DNA from: Welwitschia mirabilis
Lineage: Eukaryota
Length of the DNA: 64,000 nt
NCBI GenBank assembly: GCA_051453625.1
Contig: JBOZIK010000001.1
Location: 9,094,070 to 9,158,069 of the forward strand
Reading direction: 5' to 3'
In this document: positions 39,798 through 51,862 of the stretch, piece by piece
Layout: each line of letters opens with the position of its first letter
How positions within the stretch are numbered: the stretch's first letter is position 1
The notes under the pieces: generated by a model
The model's database searches: none
The model's input: only the letters and a program-made list of their open reading frames with translations
What the model was told of the DNA's origin: nothing
Made by a program: the position numbers and the translations under genes

Positions 39798-41217
39798 CTT
39801 CTAAAGTGTGCTGAACCAAAAATAGTAGCTAAAGTTTTTAAGTTAGTTTTCTTCATTAGATGCATAGCTTCTTCAGCATTCCAAACTATCTCATATTCAT
39901 AGTTTAAACTCTCATCCTTTTATTTGGTATTTTCTTGTGAATTGGATTCTATTAATGATGAATAAGAGCTATTTTACTTTACAAAACTAATAAGAGACAT
40001 CCACACCATTTGTAGCCCACAAAGTAAGAACCACTCAAGTTATAGAAATAATCTTGCATACCTGTAAAATAGAAAATAGATTTACAAAGATCAATTGCAT
40101 AGTAGTGCTAAATCTTCAACATTTGAAATGTGATTTTCCAATAAAAAAGTAAGAGATTACCATAAATATATGTGTGTTTGATAAGGAAGAAAGTACAACT
40201 AGGATGAAAACATTACGTCTTGACTAGATTTCTTTGAAGATGAACTTACAGGTAACAATAAAAAGGATGGGTATAGATTTCCCTGTTGCTAGCTAAAGCT
40301 TCCAACAATGTGTTGACATTAATTAAACATAATTAACTAATAAGTAAATAGGAAAAGAAAACTTGACTAATATCAAGGAAGAAATATGAGGTGGNNNNNN
40401 NNNNNNNNNNNNNNNNNNNNNNNNNNNNNNNNNNNNNNNNNNNNNNNNNNNNNNNNNNNNNNNNNNNNNNNNNNNNNNNNNNNNNNNNNNNNNNTGATAA
40501 AAGACATCCACACCATTTGTAGGACAGAAAGTAAGAATAACACAACTTATAAGAAACAAGCTTGCATGCCTGTGAAATAGAAAATGGATTTACAAACATT
40601 AATTACACATTAGTGCTTAATATTTAACATTCAAAATGGGGTTTGCCAATACAAAAACTAAGAGATTACCATAAATATATGTGTGTTTGATAAGGAAGAA
40701 AGCACAAATAGAATGAAAACATTCCATCTTGACTAGATTCCTCTAAAGATGAACTTAAAGACAATAATAAAAAGGATGGGTATAAATTTCCCTATTACCA
40801 GCTGAAGGTTCCAACAGTGTGTTGAAATTGATTAAACATAATTAACTGATAAGTAGATAGGAAAAGAAAGCTTGACTAATATCAAGGGAGAAATATGTAG
40901 TGGTCCTGAGCATTACCTCAATAACTTGTCCACTTAATACATGATGAAACACTGTGCATTATCATGATCATGTCCATAGAGGACTAAAATCTATCAATTT
41001 TCACCAATTGAATTTAATTGAAATGTTAACAGATTAATGCATAGAAAGCAAAAAAAAACATTAGATTCTAAATATAGATCAATTGATATTATTGAGTAAT
41101 TTGTAACAAAATTTATGGGGAATGAACCAGAATTTACAAACTAAAGCTATCTTACATATAGGGTTAAGGAGATTCAGTAACTATTCTGAGGTCTTCTCAG
41201 TTAAGAAGTTCTAATAC
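39798..41217 (-). pseudogene. Captured multi-exon fragment of a Cdc1/MPPE1(PGAP5)-like metallophosphoesterase gene
   Basis: Exons: 41217-41160 (Y*NFLTEKTSE*LLNLLNP), 40990-40917 (ILVLYGHDHD-CTVFHHVLSGQVIE), 40821-40670 and duplicate 40312-40161 (HTVGTFSW..GNLYPSFLLLS..LCFLPYQTHIYLW), 40569-gap and 40061-39798 (YARLF..WATNGV..KDESLNYEYEIVWNAEEAMHLMKK); mostly GT-AG boundaries in compatible phase. Confidence 0.88.
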
Positions 41218-41616
41218 CTATATATGTCCAAAAAAAATTGAAGAAAGCATGTGATTGCTAATGTGGTCCATTTGTTAAAATGGTGTAGCTTTTATAGGAA
41301 GAATATTTGTCATTACTAGAAATATCTTTGTTTAATTTTAACTAATATGATATAGCTTTTATAGGAAGAATATGAAATCTTTAAAAGAAAATTGACAAAA
41401 TAGTGTTAACAGGGGATATATCATTATTTCTTTTTATATCAAAGGATGACTTTACATTTAGAGATAGTAACATTTTCAATAACTCAAGTGTTATCAAGGT
41501 CTTTACTAGATTAATATCCTTTTCACTCTCAGAGAAGCATAAGAGGGTGAACTATCGCATTTGATGATATAGTAACTTGCATTTTTTTTTTTTTTTTTTT
41601 TTTGTGGGCATGTGAA

Positions 41617-42300
41617 GGAAAATAAGGAAGAGGAGAACTGATGTTATTATGGCTCAACTCCAGGAAGGACAACAAGTTTAACTGAACTAGTGTAGGAGGC
41701 CCTTTATCATGAAGCTAATTACTAGCTAAATTCAAGAGATGAGGAAATAGTTCCATTGAGGGCTCGACTAGGCAAATTGATTATGGACACCTTGCTATCA
41801 GCATTGGATCTAATGCCCATTCAATTCTCATAGTGACTATTACTAGTTTAAGACGATCCCATTGGACTTGATTAATTCATAATAGTAAGGAAATCCAAGA
41901 GTGAAGAAACCTCTAGACCATAAGGAAAGCTCTATTTTAATTAGCAAAAGAAATTAACAAGTGAAAATAAATAGTTCTAAAATAGGGATTTCAAAACATG
42001 TTGTACCTCATTAGCTAAAACAGACTTAACACTAATTTTTTGTTGTTCTTGGATATTTTTTTCCCATATGCTTTCTTATGGCCTTAGAGATGGTTGCAAA
42101 TGAATAGTTTCATGGTATGCCATGTGCAATGAGTTCTGCTGGACTCAATGAATTCCCACACTTATTGAGTATGCTACATCTACTAAGTCTGGTGAGCCCA
42201 ATACCACCAAACTCATCTCTTTGACTTCCAGTGTTCAACCTCACCATAAGCTAGAGTTACCTAGACTAGTAACAAGTTTGGTCAATTTGACAACACTGTG
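41617..42300 (-). pseudogene. TMK: Captured fragment of a TMK-type LRR receptor-like kinase ectodomain
   Basis: LEVSSLLDFLTIMN...*MGIRSNADSKVSIINLPSRALNGTISSSL...GPPTLVQLNLLSFLELSHNNISSPLPYF (41916-41617) matches the TMK island plus final LRRs; weaker LRR-like sequence continues to about 42300. Confidence 0.8.
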
Positions 42301-42770
42301 ACATATAAATATTCTAATTGGCAACATCATATTCATTAGATAAAATTCCTAATGATAGTGATGAGAATAATGAATTTGTAAAAGAAAATTTCTAAACAGC
42401 ATTACCTTACCTAATTGCCTTTACATCTATACTTTTAACACTTAGGAATTTAGGATAATAATTTTTAAAAAGGTTTTAAAATGAGTTTAAATTTAACAAA
42501 GCCATATGAAGGGGTGAAAACATTTAGATAGTTTTAATTTAGAAAATCATATTTTTGAAATGTCTTTGATACAGTAATTAATGTTTTATGTTAAGAACTC
42601 TATACTTCTCTAGATTCATATTTTACATTTAAATAGAATTTGGACAATTAACAAAAAAGAAAAATATCTAAAGTGAGACAATCCATGGATGAACATTTGA
42701 ATAATTTTTAAAGCATAGGTGTATAATAACACCATACAAAAATATTTATGGGAACTGATTAAAGGCATAC

Positions 42771-42889
42771 CTTCTATTTGTGTAATAGGCTCTACACCAT
42801 TGAGCACACATCCATATTGCTTAACTAATGATACAAGATTATTAATGATGGCCTTAGCAATATCATATATTTTGCTTACAAGAAGACCC
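42771..42889 (-). pseudogene. TRE1: Captured single exon of trehalase (GH37)
   Basis: CAG|GLLVSKIYDIAKAIINNLVSLVKQYGCVLNG-RAYYTNR|GTATG; canonical splice sites, one 1-bp deletion. Confidence 0.9.
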
Positions 42890-43349
42890 CTGCATAAATT
42901 GAATGTNNNNNNNNNNGTTAAAATTAGAAAACAGACTTAAAAAGTATGAAGGCCTCACCAACTGTAAAAACTGATAGAACAATGAAATTATCAAAAGGCT
43001 TGTAGAAACTGAAAGGTTTATTGGCTATAAGATAATTCTAAATATCCAACTTAACAAAAGCCAATTTAAAAATAAAAAAATTTTTTCTCAGTTTTTTGGT
43101 ATTTATGGTTGTTTACGTATTTCAAATTTGGAAATAGAACTAAAGATTGCATCTGAAACAGCTTGATTGGAACTAAGGTGATCTCAGCAATGATTTCCAA
43201 AAAAAAATAATATATGTAGAGAAAAAGATATGGTGGAGTAATTCATGCTTATTAACATTTCTTCAGTTAAGACCTGCTTCCATTACATCCATGTTTCTTT
43301 AAACGGATTTCTTTTCTTTCTGCTTTTGACTTCTGTGTATCGTGCTTTT

Positions 43350-43500
43350 AGTGCTTTGTCAAATATCGAATTCATACTATACATTGGGCACAAAGTTCCC
43401 TTTGGAATCATAAGTATAGCATCCATGTACTAGGCTTAATGATATGAGTGGAAGCATCATAATCTGGAATATTCAACCATAGACCATGAGAAACAATACT
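43350..43500 (-). pseudogene. RGP: Captured fragment of RGP / UDP-arabinopyranose mutase
   Basis: [21 protein letters not shown]...YMDAILMIPKGTLCPMYSMNSIFDKAL versus conserved [48 protein letters not shown]. Confidence 0.92.
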
Positions 43501-44227
43501 ACTAAAAGCACATTTATATAATATAGATGGATTTCTTGCACTACATTGAAGTAGTTCAGGCTGAAACTTCATGAGAAAAAATAATGAGCTACAACTAGAA
43601 TCAATCTATTTGGAATTTTCTTATCCTTCAGAAAGCTATGGCTGATGATTCGGCTTAAAGTAGGAAGTGAGTATGTAGTGAGAAGTTCTCTAAGGTGTCA
43701 AATGGCCTTCACTTTATTCACAAGAATATCAAGGAGAGGAAAAAGCTCTTTAATCTAAAGTGCAAACTGGTTTGAAAACCAGAGAATAGGCCTTAGTCCC
43801 TTCTTATAATTGGTCATGCTTGTCCCGTTGCTATATGTCAATGATAGTAGTGGAACTCCACCACAATATTCATTGTCACTTTCATTCTCATTTAAATTTC
43901 TGCAAGTTGTAGTCAAATCTTATGACATCGCCACCTAGTGAATCCTTTAATCTAATCCACTTTCTACTATCCATGGACCTTTGTCTACTCTTTAGTGGTG
44001 ATGAAATCATCCCTTGATTACTTGAAAAATGTGGGGAGATGTAAACTATGAAGGCCATAGTAGAAATTGTAGTAATTGTATGTTAAAAGATGTTTCCCAC
44101 AATAGTGCTCAAACTCTTTTTTCTAGAAACATACAATCCATCTATAACAATTGCTTTCATTCCACATGTAGGATCATAGTTAGATGCATCAATGAGATTT
44201 CTCTATTTCTAGGAACATATAGTCCTG

Positions 44228-44500
44228 TTAATTGAGCTTCTCTCTTCTTTTTCTTTCAGCCTTGACGTGGTTAAGGGGTTCCTCTCTTCCATTTGTAGGC
44301 TTTCTTCCTCTTTTTCTGGGACTTCTTTCTTAAACAACAGCAGCAGATCTCTTGTTGTCCTAGCAAGAATCTTCATTGTTCGAGTGCTCATTAGGCTTTA
44401 CGACATATGGACTTGAAGTAATAACAGAACTAATTAAAGGGCCAATAAAGGGAGGCCAAAATGCATGAGTAGAATATGGTTAATTTGGTCTGATATCAGT
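44228..44500 (-). pseudogene. Captured fragment of a JAM/MYC2-type bHLH transcription factor (subgroup IIId/e)
   Basis: [51 protein letters not shown] versus conserved [32 protein letters not shown]; core at 44329-44228. Confidence 0.92.
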
Positions 44501-46649
44501 ACAGTCGCAAGTTCTTTATATTAAGGAGTCTAAGCAGAAAATGAGTGGAATATGATCAGTTTTGTCTTTCCAAGCGCAACTTTTGTTTGATTAAAAGAAT
44601 GAAAGGTTTTTCATATTTGGATAGAGAACTCAAACTAGAGGAAAAAATAAGGGACTATATTTAAAGTTCTTATGCAAGATCCTCCTAAATTTTCACATTT
44701 ACTAACTAATAAGGTCTTTTAGAATGACATGGACTTTGCTATGTTCTTATGTTAAAAAAATTATGCTTATCACTAAAGGCTAATGAACAAATCAGTAATG
44801 ATAGACACACACAAAATGTAAGGCCTTATGAATGCCATAGCAAAGAAGGCATTAAGAGATGTATGCACAGTAAATTATTATTGAGGAAATATTCTTTATT
44901 GGATTTTCGTAATCCATGAAAGCTTTGTTTGAAAGGATTTTGGCTTGTTTCTCTTACTTTTACTATCAACATGTTTGGATACATTACAAGAGAGTGAATA
45001 TACAACGTATAAGAGGAAAATGCAAAGATACACTAGAAATAAAGATAAAGGATCTAGATTCTAAGAGATGAATCAAAACAAAAGCAATTTAAGTGACTAA
45101 AACAAGAGGAAAAAAATATAAAACTAAAAAGGAAGCATAAAAACTTAAAAAGTATAGAAAAGAGGCTTAAAATAAAGAAATCCAAAAGAGAAAATCATCA
45201 TGAACTGCATTAAAATCAATTTTTAGTATGACATCTCCAATTAGTAGATCACTTTATTTAGTTGGTAAAGAAAATGTAGTGTGCAAATTCTTCTTGATGG
45301 TCGTTATCTACTTTTATTCTAATAATGTTTCTAGTATTACTCTACATAAACATGCATTGAACATTGGAATTCTTTCTATAGTTTTCTAAGAACTCCTTCA
45401 TGTTACTTGTTTAGTAGTGGAAGAGTTACTAATGCTTGATCTCATATAGAGCTCAAGTTCATAGACATATTTTAGTTTTAAGAAATCCCTTGGCCTAAAG
45501 ATAAAACTTTCATATATCGATTATGAGTAATGAGCTACACCTGAGGCTATAAAGCTAAGCAAGAATCTTCCTAGCTAAGAACCAATGAATAATATCTATG
45601 CCATTGGCTAAAAATTGAATTATAAAGATTTAAAACTATTGCATGAGTTGTGTATTCAAGGATATGATAAAGAAGTACTTTTAATTGACTTAATTTATAA
45701 GAATCTATTTAAAATTATCACAAAACCACCTAAATTCTAATATCCATATATGGACTACAAAAAGTTCATGAAATATTATAAACATAATAGCATGTAAGTG
45801 ATGTCATTCTAGTTTCTAGATGAGTAACTACAAAACTATTTAACAAAGATACCACTTCTAAATCAGAGTCTGCCGAACAAAGAGGAGTTTGTTCCACTAT
45901 TTAACAAAGATAGATTTCACAAATATATCTATCTGATTTCATCAAAGTTTGGGAGACAAAGATACCACTTTTGTATCAAGATCTATTGAACAAACATCCA
46001 CCAACATGGAAATATTAATTGATAAGTTATTTTAGAGGAAAAGGAAATGATGAAATGAAAGAAGAAAGTATACACTTGGATATCTTTATTAAACCTTGTC
46101 CGAAATTTGTTAGTAATGCTATCTAAGGATTAATACCTAAAGTATCAACTAGTCTTCTCTTACATTTATTATTATTGTTATTGTTGTTTATGGTGTTGGC
46201 TATGAAACATTCAAATGAAATGGATTTATAGTTGGAGCATATTGAGAATGATGGAAAAGGGATTGATCTCTGAAGGAAGAGGCCTATAAAATTAGAGAGA
46301 AAATGGCTCCTCCTGAGGACGTACTCTGCTTACAACTTCAAACATATTGACCATGGTAAAAGCACTAAAATCTGTCTTGTGGATTAATTAACTTTTACAA
46401 AACTAGTGCTTGGATAGTATTTTAAATATTCTACAGTATCAGATTTGACATATATTTATGTGTGTTGGGTTTCACATGCAATCATCATTGTTTCAAAGAG
46501 GAGTTTCATGAATTTTGCTTTTTTAACAAACCCTAAATGAAATAAATGTAGGCGAAAAAATATCTTTTCATGTGTGGTGTATTTTTAGAAAAAATGTGCG
46601 AGGGTTTTATTTTTAGCAATGCACACGTGGTTTTTTTTTTCGGGAAATA

Positions 46650-46920
46650 AACCTAGCTTTTAAGGAATTTCTTTGGTTAAGCACCTTAAAAAATCATTGC
46701 TTTTAAGGCATTTATTTGGTTAAGAGCCTTAAAAGTCCATTTACATTTAAGATATTGATTTATAAAAGCCTTAAAAACATCTAACATGGGCTTTTAAGGC
46801 ATTTATTTTAAAAAATACCTTAAAAAGTTTTTTTTTTTAACACAAAGCATTTAGTAAAATCTGCACCTTAAAAAACCCTATAATTAAGGTGTTTATTTAA
46901 ATAAATGCATTAAAAGCCTC
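46650..46920. repeat. CACTA right subterminal repeats
   Basis: Repeated CTTTTAAGGCATTT / CCTTAAAA units in both orientations. Confidence 0.9.
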
Positions 46921-48434
46921 TATTCTTGTAGTGGATGCCAAAAGAGGGAGAAATAGAGTCTATAAATTATTTATAGTCAATTGTTATTATAAGTTGTTAT
47001 CATATATCAGTTGTTATCACATGTCACTTGTTATTGTCAATTATTTTCACATGAGTATCTTTCAGATGTATTATGTAAAACTGGATAATAGAAATAAATT
47101 CTATATCATTTTTCTTATCTATTAATGGATAATATATTTTCCATAAACTATGCTTTTAATTTTTTTATGGCTCTCTTTGGAAAACCATTATGAATTCTTG
47201 ATCTGGATACACATGGTCAATAATATTTCATAAATGTGAACAGGTACTTTTTAAGAGGGAGTTTTCGAATTAAAATTTTTAAATAAGTATAGTTTGTCAT
47301 CAATGTCGAAGGGAAAGATTGTTAAGTTATATTTTTGCCAAGTTGGTCTCAAACTAACATTTTTTGATATAGCAAAATATGTTGTATTTCTTGTAGAAAA
47401 TATTAATCATTGTAGGTTAGAATTAATCCATATTTTTCACTATCTAAGCTTGAACTTGATAAGTAATCTCTCAAGGGGTCAATTAGATTCCTAAGGAGTT
47501 AACTAGACTTGTGCAAAAAATTATCAAATATTTTNNNNNNNNNNNNNNNNNNNNNNNNNNNNNNNNNNNNNNNNNNNNNNNNNNNNNNNNNNNNNNNNNN
47601 NNNNNNNNNNNNNNNNNNNNNNNNNNNNNNNNNNNNNNNNNNNNNNNNNNNNNNNNNNNNNNNNNNNNNNNNNNNNNNNNNNNNNNNNNNNNNNNNNNNN
47701 NNNNNNNNNNNNNNNNNNNNNNNNNNNNNNNNNNNNNNNNNNNNNNNNNNNNNNNNNNNNNNNNNNNNNNNNNNNNNNNNNNNNNNNNNNNNNNNNNNNN
47801 NNNNNNNNNNNNNNNNNNNNNNNNNNNNNNNNNNNNNNNNNNNNNNNNNNNNNNNNNNNNNNTCATTTGTAAAACCCAAAATATATCTTATATATAAACC
47901 ACATCCATCAAAATCATAAAATACTTTTTAATTAAGCAAAATAGAAAAAATATCCTTTCATGATTAGTTCTTTGGTTAATTAGGTTGCACTATATGTACT
48001 TGAATTTATGACATCATTTTTAGATAGTGTAGTACTATCTTTGTTGTACTTCAGATCTAGTGAAGCTTGTTCATTATGGCATAATATTAATACCAAAAAG
48101 CATTTCTTTAAAGGTTGATACTAAGCCTCCAAAAGTTCAATTATAAAGATTATGGGTTAACCTAAGAAACCTAGAAAGTAATTAACTAAAATCCAAGTTA
48201 TCCTTGGGTAGAAGCTGGTTACTAAGAGTGGAGTAGGGGATTTTCCAAACCACTGTAAATCTTGTATCTATCAATCTCTATCAATATTTTCTAGTTTTAG
48301 TTATTTCTATTTTTAGATTATTTTGTTATTTTGTATGCACAAATATTTTTATAGTATTTAATATTTTGTGAAGATAGGTTTTCAATTTATTTTTAATCTT
48401 ATTCACCCCTTTCTCTAGGGTTCTCGATCCAATA

Positions 48435-51400
48435 ATTTATTCATTATTATAATTGACTATCTACTAGACTATTAGAGAGAGGAAGAAAGTATAGGCATAA
48501 ATGTTCATGGCCTTAACTTCTGATATAATCACTTCACCAATGTCATAGTGATCTTTTCATAAGTTGATATCTAACAAATTAGGGCCATCAAAAGAGGGCT
48601 AGACAAGTTTGAAAAAGATTATAGTTTAAAATTGACTAGTCTGAAATCATAGCTCATTATAGAGGAGTGTTTAGTAAGTGATTTATAAGATGCTAGAAAT
48701 TCAAAGAGAAGATGATAAGGACAGCTACCTAGAATTCCTCATATTTAATTAGAGATATTTAGTAACTTGGTAAGATTTAATCTAGAAGTTAAAGAGCAAG
48801 TGCAATAATTAGGTTTTTCTATTTCTTTTTAGTAAAGCAAAATTCATTTTGGATAACATATTTTTTAATAGCTATAGCTAGGTAGAGCACCATAATGGGA
48901 GTGTTACCAAAGTAACTTAAGAATTCACTCAATCAGATAATTTGTAATTTCAATTATAAACGTGACAAAGTAGGTGGCATATACCATGGGATAGCTCAGA
49001 AAGACATTGTTAAAACGATATTATCTAGATATTAGAGGATTCAAGATACAAAGAGCTATACATTTTTATCTCAAATAATGATTATTAAAAAATTAGAAAT
49101 AGGGGGAAAATACCCTAAATGAAGATTATAAGGGAAAACATTTAGAATGGAAATCCAAACAAGAGGGTTCTCCTTCTAGGTATCCATAGGTAAAGGGAGG
49201 AAAAAGCTAGATACTTAAGTAACTTATAAGCTAGATAAAAGGAACATTTCCTTTTGCAAAATCATAATTGTAAATCATCATACCCTCGATGACTTGGAGA
49301 AACTTGGGATAGTAAAAGATTACTTAAAAGAACATGTGGGAACTAAGAAAAAAAACTACTAAAGCATGGGGTTTCTTCCTAGAACTAGAGATCAAGGAAT
49401 TAATAATGCGATTCTAGCTCTAGAAGAACTTATAACTAAATGAATCCTAGTGAGAGGATCTATCTTAAACTAAAGAATGATTAATGGAAAATCCTTCACT
49501 TCAAAGATTTATGTTACTTAAGTATAGAAAGGATCCTCTTGTATCTAAATCTTACAAGAACTATCTAATGGAAAAATATGGATTTATTAAGTGGCTCCTA
49601 ATAAATAATAAAATTTTAATTGTTGTTAGTCTAGGAAGAAGAGGTCTTAAAATTAAATAATATTTCAACTTTTATAAGCAAACAAATACCACAAAACATC
49701 TCTTTTAGAATTGCCCAATGTTCAAATCCATTTTGACAGCACTCAAGTGGACTATAAGTTGGAGTTACATATGTTCCAATAAAGGTAAAAATTTAAAAAT
49801 TATCACTTGGCATATCTAGATGACAAGAAACATGTAGGTGTTCAAAATAGAAGGGCTTGAAACACTTGAAATCCTTATTCACATTTGATACAAAATTTAG
49901 CTTAACCTTATGCTTTGCATGATGGATTTTCATTTCAGACATAAGACTGCGATTTTAAAATGATATCTAAAAATTTAGAACTATGGAAAAATCTACAAAT
50001 TATGGATTAATACTGGCTAAAAAACCTAAAATATTATTCTCATTGCATGTGTAGAAGCGTGTGAAGTAGAGAAGATTACTCTAAAAGAGGCATAGGATCT
50101 CCATTTTTTCTAAGTTAGTTGTGGAGTTCACAAATTTAAAAGAGGAAGGGGAGCTGATTCTACCCTCATTTATGAAATATAATAATGCTACGTTTTCAAT
50201 GAGAAATCCCCCCAAGCAAAGGAGGGTCATGTTTGAAAATCCTTACTATAGGACACATAGGATCTCATGATATAACTTACTGATAGATCTGTCATTCATA
50301 ATGAGAATTACTTCAAGCTATAAGGTCTTAATTCCATTTTCTTCTCACACTTAGAGAGAGATAGAGAATCCATATTTGCATTTTCTAGCTAAGAAGCTTA
50401 AGGTAAATGCAGTGGTTAAGCATTACAATCTTATTCAAAATCTACTCAATTTTTCAAAATCTTGAGAAGAAGGATCCTCAAGAGTAAAGGCAAGTAAATT
50501 ATGAGGCAAACCTTTAAGGTTTAGAATGATAAAGAAATGGAAGCAAAGCATTAACCTAAAGCATTTAAAGGTGAATTGTCAAAGAGGAGGTTGGGATAAA
50601 TGGTGAGATGGATAGAGGAGAAGAAGAATAAAGGAAAGTCCTCAGACTAGAATTTCAAGGGGATACACCAAGTTAAAATCAATGAGTAAGCAAGCTCAAG
50701 AGAAAATAAGGAAAGATGGGAAATTCAAGGGTTCTACCTCTCATAATAACTTAAGGTCATGGAGTAAGCAGGCTTGGGTTATGGAGGGTTTGTTAACTAA
50801 AATTTTTGAAGCCCCTACTAGGCCTAAGGTTGAGGTCACATCCTCTTTAGAACATGTTTCCAAGCCCCTTAGAGGTAGCCCTTCTTGAATCTAAAGCCCT
50901 AGCTTACATGTTAGCGATAAGGACTTGGAGAGTGCCTCCTCTATTTAATGAATAATGATGATGATAAAGATCTAAGAACAAATGATAGATACCAAAATAG
51001 TTTTTGGACTCAGTTCAAAGAAAATCTAGAAAAAGAGAAGTAGTGCATGAACTCTAGTAGCAGAGATAGCTACTTCAATACTTGGATTGATTCTAGTGAT
51101 GAGGAAGATATGGAGGATATACCAAATTATGAGAATAATGTAGGGTAATCTATGAAAGAGGAAGTGTGGGAACAAAGTGAAAAATCATAATATAATAGCT
51201 CATCCCAATCAAAAATTGGACGGAGCATTACAAGTAGCTATGGATAAGTCTAAAAGCCTCTATTGATCTTATTCTAAAATTCCATAAGCCCATAAGAAGA
51301 TTATCCTATAATCAAAGTCAAATAAAATAAACACAGATAATAAGAGGCATTGGAGGAAAAAAGAATTTTAACTAGACCAGGAAAACCTTAGGTAGCTATC

Positions 51401-51554
51401 ACCAAAGAATAATGTATCATCTCATGAACTAGGAAAAACTCATTCAATGATATAGAAGATGGTATCTTCCAATATGTTAACTTTAATGCAAATATTCAAG
51501 CTCTTTTGTTATTAGTTTTTGCCTTGTTCTTTTGTTTTTTCTCAGTTCTTCAAT
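48435..51554 (+). mobile_element. Host L1 LINE segment 3: rest of RT, C-terminal region, long 3' extension and start of 3' UTR
   Basis: The RT frame resumes directly after the TSD (PLALYL|FIIIID); RNase H-like remnants near 49800-50090; purine-rich coding-like tract 50200-51480; T-rich 3' tract. Confidence 0.75.
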
Positions 51555-51862
51555 CTTTTTTTGGAAAAAAGTATATATATTAAGCTAAAAAATATACATC
51601 AGGGGATGAAAATGCCCAAGAATAACATGACGATTAAACTATTTAGAAAAAGAGAAGTAGTTCACTAGCTGGTAAAGGGGGGACTGAGGAAAAAAATAAA
51701 ATGGGAATGAAACCATTCCTCGATGACATCCTATCTAGAAGAGAAAAATCATAGAAAAACAAAAACGTAGTACTACTAACAAACTAGAGCAAACATATCC
51801 CTTGAGACTAGAAAGTTACAAAAAGCTCAATTTTAATAAGGAACAGACCTGAGGGGGGAGGA

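Larger units (their letters stand above)
38294..46933. mobile_element. Non-autonomous CACTA (En/Spm) element carrying host gene fragments (Pack-CACTA)
   Basis: Termini TACTACAAGAAA (decayed CACTA) and TATTCTTGTAGTG; 3-bp TSD GAT (38291-38293, 46934-46936); subterminal repeat arrays at both ends; no transposase motif recognised. Confidence 0.93.
28743..48434 (+). mobile_element. Sirevirus (SIRE/Maximus Copia) with duplicated pol, env-like ORF and nested CACTA
   Basis: LTRs 28743-29863 and 47320-48434; TSD ATTTA (28738-28742, 48435-48439); PBS TGGTATTAGAGT (29866-29877); multiple PPT-like motifs (about 46937, 47250, 47308); U5 ATTCACCCCTTTCTCTAGG; GTCGAC-type motifs in the LTR. Confidence 0.93.

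Noticed and set aside
44209-44391. 60-aa ORF MSTRTMKILARTTRD...
   Set aside because: An alternative frame over the captured bHLH fragment; the meaningful frame is RKRGRKP..EEPLNHV.
39798-44500. Interpretation as resident functional genes or a gene cluster
   Set aside because: All pieces are partial, contain stops or frameshifts, and lie inside CACTA termini.
51190-51215. AHPNQK as a second J-domain HPD motif in the host LINE
   Set aside because: The flanking residues do not fit J-domain helices II and III.
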